64,000 bases of DNA. Origin: Antechinus flavipes (Eukaryota). The position numbers and the translations under genes are program-made. The notes beneath the pieces were generated by a model, which saw only the letters and a list, made by a program, of their open reading frames with translations, made no database searches and had not been told where the DNA came from. Shown here piece by piece: positions 25,640 to 38,828 of this stretch. Each line of letters begins with the position of its first letter. Position 1 is the first letter of the stretch. Where the stretch lies: NCBI RefSeq assembly GCF_016432865.1, contig NC_067401.1:73098001-73162000 (forward strand). The letters run 5' to 3'.

Positions 25640-26460
25640 TTTTATACTTGAATTGTGCCTTCTTTCCCCCTGTTCAGGCAGAAACTGTGCCTCAATTAAT
25701 CATTCTGCCCCAATTAATCAGCTTCAGTCTGCACTTTGAGTTCAGCACCTCTCTGTCTGGAGGTGGATAACATGTTATATCGTGAATTCTTTGGAACTGT
25801 TATTGATCATTGTTTTTGGTCAGTATTCCTAAGTTTTTCAAAGTTGTTTCTTTTCACACTATTATTATTGTACAAACTGTTCTCCTAATTCTGCTCACTT
25901 CACTTTGTATCAATTCATACAACTTTTCCCTAGTTTCTCTGAAACCATCCCCTTCCTCATTTATTACAACACAATAATATTCCATCTCATTCCTATACCA
26001 TAACTTATTCAGGCATTTCCCAACTGAAGGATACTCCTTAAGTTTTCACTACCTATAAATATATACATGTGTATCTATATCTATAAATACATACATGTGT
26101 GTCTATGTACATTCATACATATATGTTTATATACATATGTGTGCAAATATAGAGATATAAAAACATACAGCAACTTTTTCTCTTCTTTGATCTATTTGAA
26201 GTATAAATCTAGTAGTGGTATCACAGAGTCAAATGGTATGCATTTTAAAAACTTTTGGGGCCAGAATTTGAAATTATGTTCCAGAATGGCTGAACTATCA
26301 AAAGCTCTACCAACAATATATTAATCTGTTTTCCCATACAGTCCTTCTAGCATTTGTCATTTTCCTTTTTCATCATTTTTGCCATTCTGATAGCTATAGG
26401 GTCATACCCCAGAGTTGTTTTCATTTGTATTAATCTCTGATTTAGAGCATTTCTTTTTTT
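25640..26460 (-). mobile_element. Old L1 3' region interrupted by a TA/TG-rich simple repeat (about 26055-26160)
   Basis: CTGTTCTCCTAATTCTGCTCACTTCACTTTGTATCAATTCATAC...CATTCCTATACCATAACTTATTCAGGCATTTCCCAA and TTGCCATTCTGATAG...GAGTTGTTTTCATTTGTATT. Confidence 0.7.
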
Positions 26461-26994
26461 GCATAGCAATTCTCTTTTAATTAGGTTCATTTTTGTGACC
26501 TCTCCTTTCTTTTTTACTTCAGCTGAAGCATAATAGATTACAGTACAGCCTGTTATATTTGTGCATCTTTCTGTTTCAAATGTATTTGAGGGCAGGGTCT
26601 ATTACATTTTTATCTGAGTCTTTGACTCAGCCTGTCTTTGATTGACAAACTTTTCATTATAAGGATTTGGGAATGAGAAAAGCAGGGAAGTGAGTGGAAA
26701 TAGGGCCAAACAGTGAATTTGTGATGAAATCTCAACATTGCCTAAAAATAGGGGGAAAAAAGCTTATGAGTAAAATTTTATTTTGGGGGCCAGATATAAT
26801 TTCAGCAGTATAGGGAACTTTTGGAGAATCACTTACTCTACTAATATAAATTATATAACTTACAGTCTTAAAAAATTGTCTAGGACTCTCAGAGGTTAAG
26901 GGACTTATCTAAGATCATACAGCTTCTGTCAGAGGCAGAACTTGAACCCAGCATACTGACTCTGAGTCAGCTTTTTATCTACTATGCTAATTAG

Positions 26995-27480
26995 TCAGTC
27001 AATTAACATTTATTAAGTGCCTTCGGGGTTTTCCAGATAGTGTGCTAAGTGGCAGAGTGACAAAGGCAAAAGATAGGCCCTGCCCAGAAGAAACTCACAA
27101 TCTAACTGACTGTGCAAAGCAAGCTATGTATATGATAAATAGGCAATGATTAACAGAAAGAAGGCACTAGAATTAAGAGAAGTTGGGAAAAATCCTTCTG
27201 TAGAAGGTGGGATTTTAGCTGAGACTTGAAGGAAGACAGGGAAGCCAGAAGGTACAGATGAAGAGAGAGCGCCTTCCAGGTATGGGGGATGGCTTCAGAA
27301 AATGCCCAGAGCCCAGGAATGGGCGGGAAAGCCTGTTGTCCCTGTATTGGAGAGTACAGGGGAAGAGAGCCTGGAAAAGACGGGAGGGAGCTGCTTATGA
27401 AGGGACTGGAGTGCCAAACAGAGGGTTTTATATTTGGTGCAAGGGAGCACTTAGAGTTTAGTGAGGTAGGGAGGGAGATG
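26995..27480 (-). mobile_element. L2 3' fragment
   Basis: AGTCAATTAACATTTATTAAGTGC...GTGCTAAGT...CTCACAATCTAA, then a purine-rich body. Confidence 0.8.
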
Positions 27481-27747
27481 ATATGGTCAGACCTACTCAA
27501 GTGGATTTATCCATATACACACATATATACTTCTATGTATGTACGTACATATAAAGTGGGTTATTTGTTGGTGTAGGATATGATTAGAAACCATTTATCA
27601 TTTTAAGCTTAATGGAATGGCCTGAAGCTCAGAGGTATTAAATAACTTTCTTGTTTAAGTTCAAATTGCAAATGTCAAAATAAGAATTTGAATAGAGTTC
27701 TTTCTGGTTTCTAGTCAAGCTTTCTATCTGCCAAGCCAAATGGCCTG

Positions 27748-27903
27748 TCTCTCCCTCTCCTCTCCTCTCCTTTCTTCTTCTCTCCTCTCCTTTCCTCTCT
27801 TCTCCTTTCTTCTTCTCTCCTCTCCTCTTCTCTCCTTTTCTTTCCTCTCTTCTCCTTTCCCCTCTACTCTCCTTTCTCTTTTCCTTTCCTCTCCTCCTCT
27901 CTT
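27748..27903. repeat. CT-rich polypyrimidine low-complexity tract
   Basis: Almost pure C/T, built from (CTCCT/CTCTT)-like units. Confidence 0.95.
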
Positions 27904-27909
27904 GTCATA

Positions 27910-28300
27910 GAAGCCCTATAAATGAAATAAAACAAAGGAATTAGATTTGGCTAGTCCAATGCCAGTGCCTTTCCCCAAGGGAAGCTTCTAAATTATATCT
28001 GAAAATGGTATTGAACTGGAATTCAGGAAAATACCGAATACACTAGATGTAAATCAGGGTTCCCAAAGATATTAACAGGCTGGAACACTGTACTGAACTG
28101 AATAAGGAAACATTGAAGAGGGAACAACGTAAAATCTTATACTTAGGTTCAAGGAATCAAGCATACAAATACAACATGAGGCATATGATTAAACATATAG
28201 CAGTTCAGCTGAAAAAGTTCTGATAATTTTTAGTGGATTACATGTTCAAAATGTGTCAACACTATGATATGGTGTCTAACCACCCCCCCACCCTCACTCC
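27910..28300 (+). mobile_element. L3/CR1 RT C-terminal fragment
   Basis: CCCAAAGATATTAACAGGCTGGAACAC...TAAAATCTTATACTTAGGTTC...AGCAGTTCAGCTGAAAAAG...GTGTCAACACTATGATATGG. Confidence 0.65.
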
Positions 28301-28639
28301 CCCACACCAAACCCAATGCAGTCTTGAATTGCTTTGGGAGAGGATATGATCACTGTATTCAAGCACTTGGAAGGTCTTTTGTTTGGTCTTAGAAGTCAGA
28401 ACAAGGAATAATGAGTGGAATATATAGAAGTAAATTTAGTTTTGAAATCAGGAATAAAAATTCTGTGAAGAACTTACATTCTTGAAAGAAGGATCATTAA
28501 GAAGAACAAGATGAATTAAAATAAGTAAATATAGCAGATAAAAAAAATAAATGTGTATGGGGAGCATTTTCAGAAATGGGGAGCCTAACCTGTAAAAAGG
28601 CACAAAAATAGAATATGGGGGGGGGGAAGCAATATTTAG

Positions 28640-29190
28640 GGAATGGTAAGAAAGCCTCTTTGGCTGGAATACTGAGCACATGATGAAGAGAAATGTGTGC
28701 CAGAACTTGAAAGGTGGGCTGAAACCAGATTGTAAAGGGCTTTAAATTCCAAACAAAGGGGTTTGTATTCTATCTTGGAGACAGTTGGGAGCTACTGAGT
28801 GCTGATAGCTATTTGGACAGTTGGGTGAGAGAGAGGAGAATCTGGATGGATGGAGACCAAATATGAGGCTATTGATTAACACAGTAATTAGAGTGAGATC
28901 TGGATGAGTGAAGAGAACAGGGAAGGGGAGGGGGTCTGATGCAAGAGATATTGAGATTGAATAGAAGTAGTATCAATAAGAGTTGGCAATTGATTAGATA
29001 TATAGGGTGGAGTGAGAATGAGGAGTCAGGATGACGCCAACATGGTGAACCTGGATGGTTAGAAGTAAGGTGATGACATCTGCTGAGAGGTTGTTTTGGA
29101 GGGGGAAGTGAATTCTTTTCTGAATGTGTTGAATTTGAACTGTTTATGAGTCATCTTTATTTTTATCTTTATCATCTCCCCCTATTGTGC
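28640..29190 (-). mobile_element. L2 fragment
   Basis: Purine-rich antisense L2 body (CAGATTGTAAAGGGCTTTAAATTCCAAACAAAG...GAGGCTATTG...GAATGAGGAGTCAGGATGAC). Confidence 0.75.
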
Positions 29191-31487
29191 CTAGCACAAT
29201 ACACTGTATATTTGTAGAGGTGGTTTGGAGATTTTTATATTTCGAATTCCTCCTTCATGTAGAAACTCCCTTTACCAATCAGTGGAGACTGGCAACTCTT
29301 AGGTAATTTACAGCTTCACAAAATTGCCTGAGGCATTGGGAGGTTAGTTGTTTCTCCTAAGATCATTCAGATCATATGTGTCAGCAACAAGATTAAATGC
29401 TGATCTTCCTAACTCAAGACTGGCCTTCTCCCCATTCACTACAACATACTGTTCTTACATTGTATGCATAGCAGCATTTATGAATATTTACTGAATGAAT
29501 GAGTGAATGTTACCTAAGGTACAATTATTGCATTGCATCATATTTATCACATTGTTGCTGAGATCCTTGAAATATCTTTCTGAGTCACCAAACATTATAT
29601 TCAGTTTGTTTTTCCTATAAATATGTGATATTTTAATGCCTTCAAAACCGATGAAATATAGCGAGCACCTAATCTGGAAAATGAATATCTTCTAAAAGTG
29701 TATTTTATAAGTTGATTCTTTAACATTTTACCATGGGACCAATGTTTAAATGATGATTAATGGCCAGCCCATTTAGCCTCATAGTATATTGAAACATAAT
29801 AGTAGTAGCATTTTTTATTTCCAAGAATCTAAGATTTGTTATTTGTGCAAGATTGTGCAAATCCCTACTGTTTATATCTTCATAAGAAGGAATCACTGCT
29901 TTGAATGATTCAAGCTTCAAGTCAGTTACTTCCGGGAAGTTTATATTTGGGAAATTATATATAGTTGTGATTGAGGGTACATAGGTTTGGGTGGAAAAAG
30001 AGAAGGAAAAGCTGTTCAGGACATTCTTCCACTGCTATTCATGGTACATCTGTAATTTTAAAAAATAACAATTTTTTTTAAAAAGGATATTTCTCAATTG
30101 AGAAAGTCATTTAGTGAAAAAGCTTCATAGAACATAGTATAGAGATTAACCTCTCACAGCAGACAAAGACTGTCACTCTGGGCAGATCACTTAATTTGTC
30201 AATGACATAGGCAAAACAGGTTTTATTTGCATTATGAGAGGGCAATTAGGTAACGTATGAACATAGATCTAGAATGCTCCTGGAGGACTAAGAGTCTTCA
30301 TTTTATATTTTGATTTTGTATTTTCAGTACCATGGCATATAAGTAAGCTAAGTTTAAGAAATGCTCACTGATCATTGATTGATTCACTGATCAATGAATG
30401 TGGCATTTTGTGCATACTGAGAGTCAGTTGATGTGTTGTTTATAATTGTGTTACTAAGGGGATGGCTCAGATGTTGTTATTTACAATTTCATATTCCCAT
30501 GGAGATGGTTCAGTTAATATTTAGAATTCTATTCTATGAAGGAAAAACTATGGAGAAGGATAATTGGGAAATGAAAGTAATATAAAAATAAAACAAAAAA
30601 CAAATTTTAAAATAAAATAAATTTTAGGTTCTCCAGGAAATTTTTGCAACAGATCCTTTCTGTTGGCTATTGTCTCCAGAAGTGGTTTTATTGTATACCA
30701 TAAACTTTTCCGAATCTCCCATGCAGCTTAGGGATTGGATCAAAAGTTCTTTTCCCCTAGTTTTACTAGATACTAGTTTCTTTCTTTTTTTTTCTTTCCT
30801 TCTTTTTTTTCATTTTCAGGCTTTACCTTTTTCACCCTTCCTGCCATTTAATTTGGCATAATAAATTTTTTATGCAATCCTCTGTTACTTTACCAAATTC
30901 CCATACTTTCAAAGATCACTAGAAATAGTTTGACAAATAACCGACCATATTTCTGTTGGTATCTTAAATTACTATCTTCTATTAGTTAGATCCTGGTTTC
31001 TTACTAGACTTTTCCCCTACCGAGGATCTTAAAACTTATCTGGAAGGATCATTATATTATCAACTTAGAATTAAAAGAGAAATTTTTCAATGATCCAAGT
31101 TCATCTAGTCCATTTCCCTTGTTTTAAAAAGGAACTGAGATGGATAGATTAAGGATCTTGCACAGACTAGGCAGTCAAGAGCAGAGCTCAAACCTAAACT
31201 CTGATTTTACCATTAAATGATGCTCTGGCCTCTGTTTTGTAGGTGATATCTACCAATAGTACCATTAGACTGAAAATTGGAAGGGATCTCTGATATCTCT
31301 TAGTTAGATTTTCTCATTGTATAGTAGAAAAAACTGAAACCCAGAGGTGAAATGCCTTCCTTACCCATGGTACTAAGCACTTAAGTCTCTTGGCACTTCA
31401 TGCAGGGGTTCTTTCCAATATAGTTCACTAGATCTCCTAGGTTATACTTTGTGTACCCAATGTCAGTATTAAACCAAATGATAGCAA

Positions 31488-31692
31488 ACTTGAACAAGAA
31501 TCCCTTCTATGGTTTTATTCACTTTAGAAGCATTTATTAAACATTTTCCTTGCCGAATTAGGAGTTATCCAATCTTTACTTGAACACCTCAAGGGCTGGA
31601 GAGAACCCACTTCCTACTGAAGCAGCCTGTTCCATTTTTGGATGAAACTAATTGTTGGTTAGTTTTTTCTCTTTCCACATCTATCTCATTGT
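31488..31692. repeat. Copy A of a 205-bp direct repeat (copy B at 32701-32905)
   Basis: Ungapped manual alignment gives 19 mismatches in 205 bp (about 91% identity). Offset 1213 bp. Confidence 0.95.
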
Positions 31693-32700
31693 AAGCTCCT
31701 TGAGGACAGGCACAATGTTTTGCTTTTTTTTTCCTTTGTATTCCAAGCACTTAGCATCGTGTCTGGCACATAGTTCATATGCTTAATATTTACTGAGTGA
31801 ATGATTACTGAGTGAAGGAATATAACTCCTGAATTCTGAGAACCTCAGTTCAAGTTCCAGTCCTGAACCTGAATTTGCTTACCTGAATAACTGAGCAAAT
31901 TCCTTGACATCTCTGATCTTTTGTTTCCTTATCTGTAAAATAAGAATTGGGCAAGATGGCCTCTAAGGACAAGAGGTCTTCTAGTTTTAGATATAATACT
32001 GTCATTCTTTCCATGTATTTTGGTAGATTTAGACTATTTGTTTCTGTTTGTCTTTTGGGCTATATATTCTTATTTTCACCTATTTCATCTAAGTATCCTA
32101 ATTGGTGGTTAATATATATTTCTTTTTTTTTTTTTTTTTGGTCTTGTTCTATAAATTTATCCATAATAGATCTTTTAATATGGAAAACCCTCTCTACTGA
32201 TGCAGATTGCAACTTTCTATATTTTACAATCTTAAAAACTTATCTATAGTCTTAAGTGAGTTAACAAAGTTTATAGTAAATGTTAGAAGTGAAACTTGAT
32301 CCCACCTCTTCCTGACACATTGTGGTTAACCAATACAACATATTAAGTAATTTGTAATATATTTTATCTTCAAGGTCCAGTGAAACTGGGTAGGATGATA
32401 TGATATTTTCAATGTCTGCTTTGCCATTCTTGCCCATGTTACATTACATACATTGGGCAGATGGTTTCAATGACTTCCATCATAAGTATTCCATCCTTGT
32501 TCTGACTTGGATGATAAATGATGATGTCAGTATGTTCATAAGCTTTAGCAGACTACCTTGTACTCAGATTAAATTAAAATATATTTGAATACACTGAACT
32601 GAATTTGTCATGGAGTCCAATTACTTCAAGAATTTCAAGCCTTCAGCCCCCAGTTAGCATCATGATCAAAGAATCTGAGTTAATAAGGACTCCAACCTGT

Positions 32701-32905
32701 ACTTGAACAAGAATCCCTTCTATGATTTTATTCATTTTAGAAGCATTTATTAAACATTTTCATTGCCTGATAAGGGGTTATCCGAACTTTAATTGAACAT
32801 CTCAAGGGCAGAAGAGAACTCACTTTTTACTGAAGCAACCTGTTCCATTTTTGGATGAAACTAATTGTTGGTTAGTTTTTCCTCTTTCCACATCTATCCC
32901 ATTGT
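32701..32905. repeat. Copy B of the 205-bp direct repeat, embedded in an antisense L3/CR1 fragment (about 32640-32935)
   Basis: Same alignment. The L3 consensus-like text continues past the repeat (CCCATTGTTCCTAGTTCTGCC...AAGCAGAATAA). Confidence 0.93.
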
Positions 32906-32939
32906 TCCTAGTTCTGCCTGCCAAGGGCAAGCAGAATAA

Positions 32940-33360
32940 CAAGGGATAGATACCAGGATGGTGAAGGGCCTTGAGGCCATGGCATAGAAAGATCAGTTAT
33001 TGGAAGTGGACATTTTCAGCCTGGAGAAGAGAAAACTCAGATGAGACATAGGAGCTATCTTTAAATATCTGGAGGCTTGCCACGCAGAGGAAGGATTTGT
33101 CTTTTTCTGTTTGGCTCTGAGGGCCAAATCAGGAGCAAAGTGTGGAAGTGACAAACAGGCCAATCTAATTAGCTTAAGAGGTCAAGTGTTGTAACTATTA
33201 GAGCTGCTTCTGGAGGAGGTGAGCTCCACCTCATTGGAAGTCTTCAAGGAGAAGTTGGATGATAACTTGTTCATAGTGGAGATTCCTTTCCTATGTGTGT
33301 TGGATTTGATAGCTGCTAAACGTCCTTCCAACTCTGAAATCTGTGATTCTGTAAATTTGA
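32940..33360 (+). mobile_element. L3/CR1 3' end
   Basis: TTCAGCCTGGAGAAGAGAA...GCTATCTTTAAATATCTG...CTCATTGGAAGTCTTCAAG...CCTTCCAACTCTGAAATCTGTGATTCTGT. Confidence 0.85.
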
Positions 33361-36300
33361 ATGATTTTTGATAATAGTTATCATGTGTCATGGGATGCTC
33401 TCTCCTGCAAGTTAAAGCATTTATAATTGTATAGTTCTTTGAAGTCAGAGAATTGGCTAAGGTTCATTCAACATCATGATGCTCTCTCATTCTGTGTCTC
33501 TGCTTCTGTGTTCTCTTTTCTCCTTTCTTAATTTAGATTGCATTCTATTGGCCACAGAGAGAAATGCTAATTTAATTACCTCATTTAATATGACATTCAG
33601 ACATCTAAGGGACTAAAGATCAGCAGTTCTTTCTATTCCTTTCTTGAATAGATGACAATGGGATTAAGAAGCATTTATTATAGAAGGTTTATAAATGGAC
33701 TTTTTTTCTTCAGTTTTGGCAAACATTTCCATGTCTGCCCTCACAGGCAATGACCTCTTTCCAGGTACTGTAAGTAAGGCAGCCATGCTTATATAAACAC
33801 AGTTAGGCAGAAAAACACTCATTAAAGTTCCTAGGAATAGCATTGTTCTCCAAAGGTTCAGCAATATTTGTTCAAGGGAGTGGATAAAGAAAGAGATGAA
33901 GAATGTTGCCACTTGGCTCCATATCCTTCCTCTGGCTCTGTCAACCTGCCCAGGAGAAACATAAGACAGAGGCAACCCACTATCCATGTGGGGCTGCAGA
34001 ATGCTTCAGTATGGTTATGGCTTGTGAGGAAATCAACTCCCAACCAGTCCTCCTCTATGCTGATCTTTCTTTTTGAGCCAGGTTTATTAACTTTACTAAT
34101 TACTAAACCACAAGCTTATAGATAAAGTCAATGGGAGAAACTGACTGACCTAGACAGACATCTCAAAATATTAGTCAAGAATCCAATCATTTAAGAGCCT
34201 CACTAAAACAATATTGGTTTTTGTTGATCCACCTATCCAATGATAACTTTTTTCAGAGAAAGAAAGTCTAAGGATTGACTTGAGAATCTTGGGCTGTCAG
34301 TGAGGTATCAGAGAAAGAGAATTTAGACTTTGAATCCCACCTGGGCCATTGACTAGTGGTATGATATTGGGCAAATCATTTAACCTTTAATAATAATAGT
34401 TAGTATTGGGTTTACCACCTTATCTATGTAATCTCATTTGATTCCCATAACAACCTTGTGAGATGGTTGCTATTATCCCATTTTGCAGATGAGGAAATTC
34501 TGATACAAAGATATTAGGTGACTTGCTCAGCATCACACAGCTAAAGGTGTAAGTCAGAATTTGAATTCAGGTCTCCCTGACTCCAAGTCCAACACTCTAT
34601 GAACTGGGCCACCTGTACCTGGGTCTGAAGTTTCTTCATTTATCAAATCAGGGAGGCTGGCGGAGTTTACAGCCAGCTCTAAAATTTCCAAGAGACTTTC
34701 ATTTACTTTTCTTGCTTATTCACTATTTTTGTGGAAGAGATGAAAGAAAATCATGGACAGAAAGTCTATAACTTACCACCTTAAGGAGAGAGGTAAACCG
34801 TTTTAAAGGATTCCATAAGGATGCCATGTTCTTTTAGGTAAAGTTTAATGAAATTAAATTTGGCATGATAATAGCTAGCTGGATATGAGAAGCATTAATG
34901 AATGAGGGAGCCATTTTGTTATACTGTGTAATTATGGTCAAGAAACTGTAGATGATGTTTCCTTTTTCAAGTCTTCCATAAGTGAGTATATGCACTAGAT
35001 TTTTAAAAGTATTTTAGCTCTAATGCTTTTCTCAGGACAAATACTATCATGTTTATTTTTAAATTTCATAGAGTAGAAAATTTCATTATTGAAACTCTTT
35101 GATTTCTTTTCCTGACATATTCCTTGGTACTGAAGTGGCTGTTTTTTTTTTTTTTTTTTTTTTGTGTAAATCTTTGAAAAGCATGTCATCAGAATGACTT
35201 TCTGTTCTCTGAGATGGTGTCATAATGACTTGTGGTTTAGGCGATAGGCTGGCAATTATATTTCAGGCAAATTTAACAAAAAAAAAAAAAACACAACTCT
35301 AACACCTTTAGATTTGGAAATGGATACTTTGAAGTAAGCCCAATTTATTGGCAGTTTGAGTAAACAGACTTTTATATAGCATCTTAAAGTTTGCAAACAG
35401 CCTTTCAAACTTGAGACCCAGGGGAGAATAATCCTCATTTTAAACATAAGCAAAGCGAACTCAAATGAGGTTAAGTGATTTTGTTCAAGAATAGTGACAG
35501 AGATATTTAAGAAAAAAATAGAATTTTTTTATTCTTAACTTGAAAATCACTGGAAAATATGAAAAGTTCCTTTTATGAAGCACACAGCTGTCTGAAACTA
35601 TGAATCGCTATTATTCACTATTTTTGAAAAGTATATGATAATATGTTGCAAAGCTGTTCCACTTATCTGTGTTTCATTCTGAATGTCCTTTCATTCTGTG
35701 CACTTTTAAAAAAATGCCTCACCAGTTATTTTTTTGTCACTACTATCATCTACTTTCATCTCTCTTCCCATTCACAAATTTAAAAATCAAAAGCAAAACA
35801 AACCCTACTTGCAATCAAATAAAATAAACCCTTACATTGGTCATGTCTGAAAACAATGTGTCTTATTCTTCACTAAAAGCAAAATTTGAATCCATGTCTT
35901 TCTGATTCATGTTTAGCAGTCTATCGGGTACTTAAAAATGCCTCCCATTATAATATAGCAACATCGCATTTTGATAATAATTTAGGAATCTTTTGCTTCT
36001 GTTGTATTTTTTCCCCATATTCTCTGCTCAAGACAACTCAGAGTTCTGGGCACATGTGATGTTTTTCTTATTCAGTTCCAGCATTGGATCTGAATTGATT
36101 CCTTGTTTCTCAATTGCATCCATTTTGGAATCAAGATTAATAACCTGCTCGGTCAGTTTTGTCCATCCTGGAAGGCAGAGGGCTGGAGGTTGTGGTTTTT
36201 GAAATAATATTATTGTGTTTTATAATTCTTTTAATCAGTTTTTTTTAAATGCCCCAGGAGTAATTCTAGTGACAGGGAGTGATAGGGGGGTATAGAGATG

Positions 36301-37270
36301 GCTTTGGATATTTTTTTAAATTTTCATTTGTTTTTCTTCTTTTTCAGAGACTTCCCTTCTCAAGAAAGGGGCCCTTGGTTCTAGGGCAAGTTAGGCAAAG
36401 TTGTCATCAGCTGAGAGGTAAGATGGAGTGTCTTATAGCAAATATACTGAAAGGAAGGACACAGTTTCCAGTCATGGTACCTGGCAGTGGCCTGGGGGCA
36501 CCATACTTGACCTTTGGAAAGTAATTCTATTCCTTCTGCTGCATATAACTGGGCTGTTAGCAACCTGCACCTAGGGCTCTGCCCCTGGGGTGACCTTGAT
36601 TTGGTAGCCAGTAGAGCAGTCTTTTATGTCTACAGGACTCTCCAAATGGCTACAGTCATTCAGTCAATTAACAAGTAGTTATTTAAGAATTAACTGTGTA
36701 CAACCAAATTGAGGTAAGGACTGGGGATAAAAAGGCAAAAGGCACAATCCCTTCTTCCCTGGAAGTCAGTCTAATGGGGAGGGGAAGAAAGACATACAAG
36801 ATAAAAACAACTAGGATATGATTGAGCAAATCACTTTTTATTTCTTGGTCATATCTATAAAATGAGGGGGTTGGAATAGATGGCTTCCTTGGTTTCTTTG
36901 AACTCTAAATTGATGATCTTATGATTTGTATGTGACCTTAGGCAAGTAATCTAGCTTCCCTGGGCCTCAGTTTCCTTATTACTAAGATGAAGAAGTTGAG
37001 GCCTCTCCCAACTCTGTAATTCTGTAGCTATAATCTTTCCTACTTTAGAAGAGCTTTATCAGTTGAGCAACATATGTATTCAACCAGTTAATAATCAGTC
37101 AATTAAAATCTTTATCAAACTCCTACTCTTTGTTAGGCATACAAGAAGAAACAATGAAACAATCTTTGGTTTATCATGAGCTTGCATGGGGAAACCAATG
37201 CATATAAAAACCATATGCAGCATAAATATAAATTTAATATAAACTTCATTTATGCCATTGGGTTATGTAT

Positions 37271-37761
37271 CAGAAGTTCTTAATGTTTTTTTTCTGTCAT
37301 GGACCTCTTTGGCAATCTAGTCAAGCCAACACAATACTACTCAGAATAAAAGTTTTAAATGCAGCATACATAAAATTGCAAAAGAAAACCAATTATGTTG
37401 AAATTGTTGTTCAGTAATTTTGTGTCCAACTCAGTGACCTCATTTGGGGTTTTATTGCCAAAGTAGATTCTTTGCCATTTCCTTCTCCAGTTCATTTTAC
37501 AAATGAAGAAACAGAGGCAAAAAGGGTTAGAGCTTGTTTGCCCTTTCCTTCTTGAGCTCGTTTTACAAATGAAGAGGTCAAAGGCAAAAAGGGTTAAGTG
37601 CCAAGGATAACATGGCTAGAAATTTTCGGAGGCCATATTTGAACTCTGGAAGATGAGAGAGCCTGGAGCGCTATTCACTGTATCACCTAGTTGTTCCAGA
37701 TACTGAACAGTTACCAGAGTATCTGACAACAATTTCATGGACTTGAGGTTAAGAACTCCTG
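37271..37761 (+). mobile_element. hAT-Charlie (Charlie4-like) element with nested MAR1-type SINE sequence (about 37410-37700, minus strand)
   Basis: Terminal inverted repeats CAGAAGTTCTTAA (37271) and TTAAGAACTCCTG (ends 37761), 12/13 match. Interior CATGGACCTCTTTGGCAATCT...CTCAGAATAA...AAAACCAATTATGTTGAAAT. Confidence 0.75.
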
Positions 37762-38399
37762 ACATCTATTTCTATATGGAAAGTAGTTAAATGCAAGGAA
37801 GTTTGAGGAGTCACTAGGATCTGGGGATGGGGGCTGAAGAAGATCGGCAAAATCTTCCAGCAGAAAATGCGACTGAACTGCCTGAAAAGGGAAGAGAGGG
37901 ACTGGCAGGTAAGGAGGGGAGTGCAGTCCAATCATGAGAAACTGCCCGGGCAAAGGCACGATGAGGGGAAAATGCAGACTTTCCAATGACATAGCCGGTT
38001 CTCCCCAGTATTCTGATCAATCAACATCTGCTCGGGAGCGTTCTTTCAATAGAAAGCACTTGGTCCCAGGACCACAGCAACAGCGGGCCAATTAGGGAGC
38101 CTAGGCTGCAGTCTGCTTTCTGGCTAATTGCTTCGCGTGTCTGCTCCTAACCGCATGCCCTGCGAGCACGCTCCTCGGGGCCGCACGGAGCACTTGACAG
38201 CCGGCTACGGAACGGCCGGTCCTGTGCCAGCTCACAGCCTCCAGCCTGGGCTCCTCAGCGTGCAGAAGGAACGCGGGACAAGCTGGAGGTCCCGGACGAG
38301 CGAGCGGCCCCTCCCTCCACCTGTTACTCCGAGGAGCCGAGGCCCCGCCCCTTTCGGGGCTCCATGGGGGCGGGGCGGCCGCTGCTCCCGGGATGGGGG

Positions 38400-38587
38400 G
38401 CGGGGAGCTGAGGCTGCGGCGGAGTGGGTTGTGGCTTTGACTGCGGCGGCCGAAGTCGCTCTGCTCCGGGCGGCCCGGGGAGGGCGGATTCTTCTCTGTG
38501 GACTGTGGGCTACGAGACTCAGCCGCGACCTCCGAGGACCTCGATGTTCGCCCTGCGTACCCGCCGCAGCGCGATGATGCTCCACGG
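38400..38587 (+). other. Putative first exon of the ARHGAP29-like gene (5' boundary approximate), containing three in-frame ATGs at 38544, 38574 and 38577
   Basis: Lies inside the CpG island and ends at a perfect consensus donor, CGG|GTGAGT (intron starts 38588), about 5 kb upstream of the coding exon. The TSS cannot be seen directly. Confidence 0.7.
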
Positions 38588-38828
38588 GTGAGTGTAGCCC
38601 GAGCCCCTCTTTCCCTACCGCCGTTGTGGGGAGGAGGAGACGCGTAGGGAGCGGGCCCCACCCAGCCCCTTCCCCTGACGTCCTCCGCTCAGCCCCCTCT
38701 AGCTAATCCCTTCTCTCCGGGCTCTGACTCCGGGTCCTGGGTCGCGGTCCCGGGACGAGCTGTGCTGGCCTCCTCGGGAGCTCGATCCGGGGTTTTCGTC
38801 CTCGGTTCGGTCCCGTGCAGAGCTTCTC

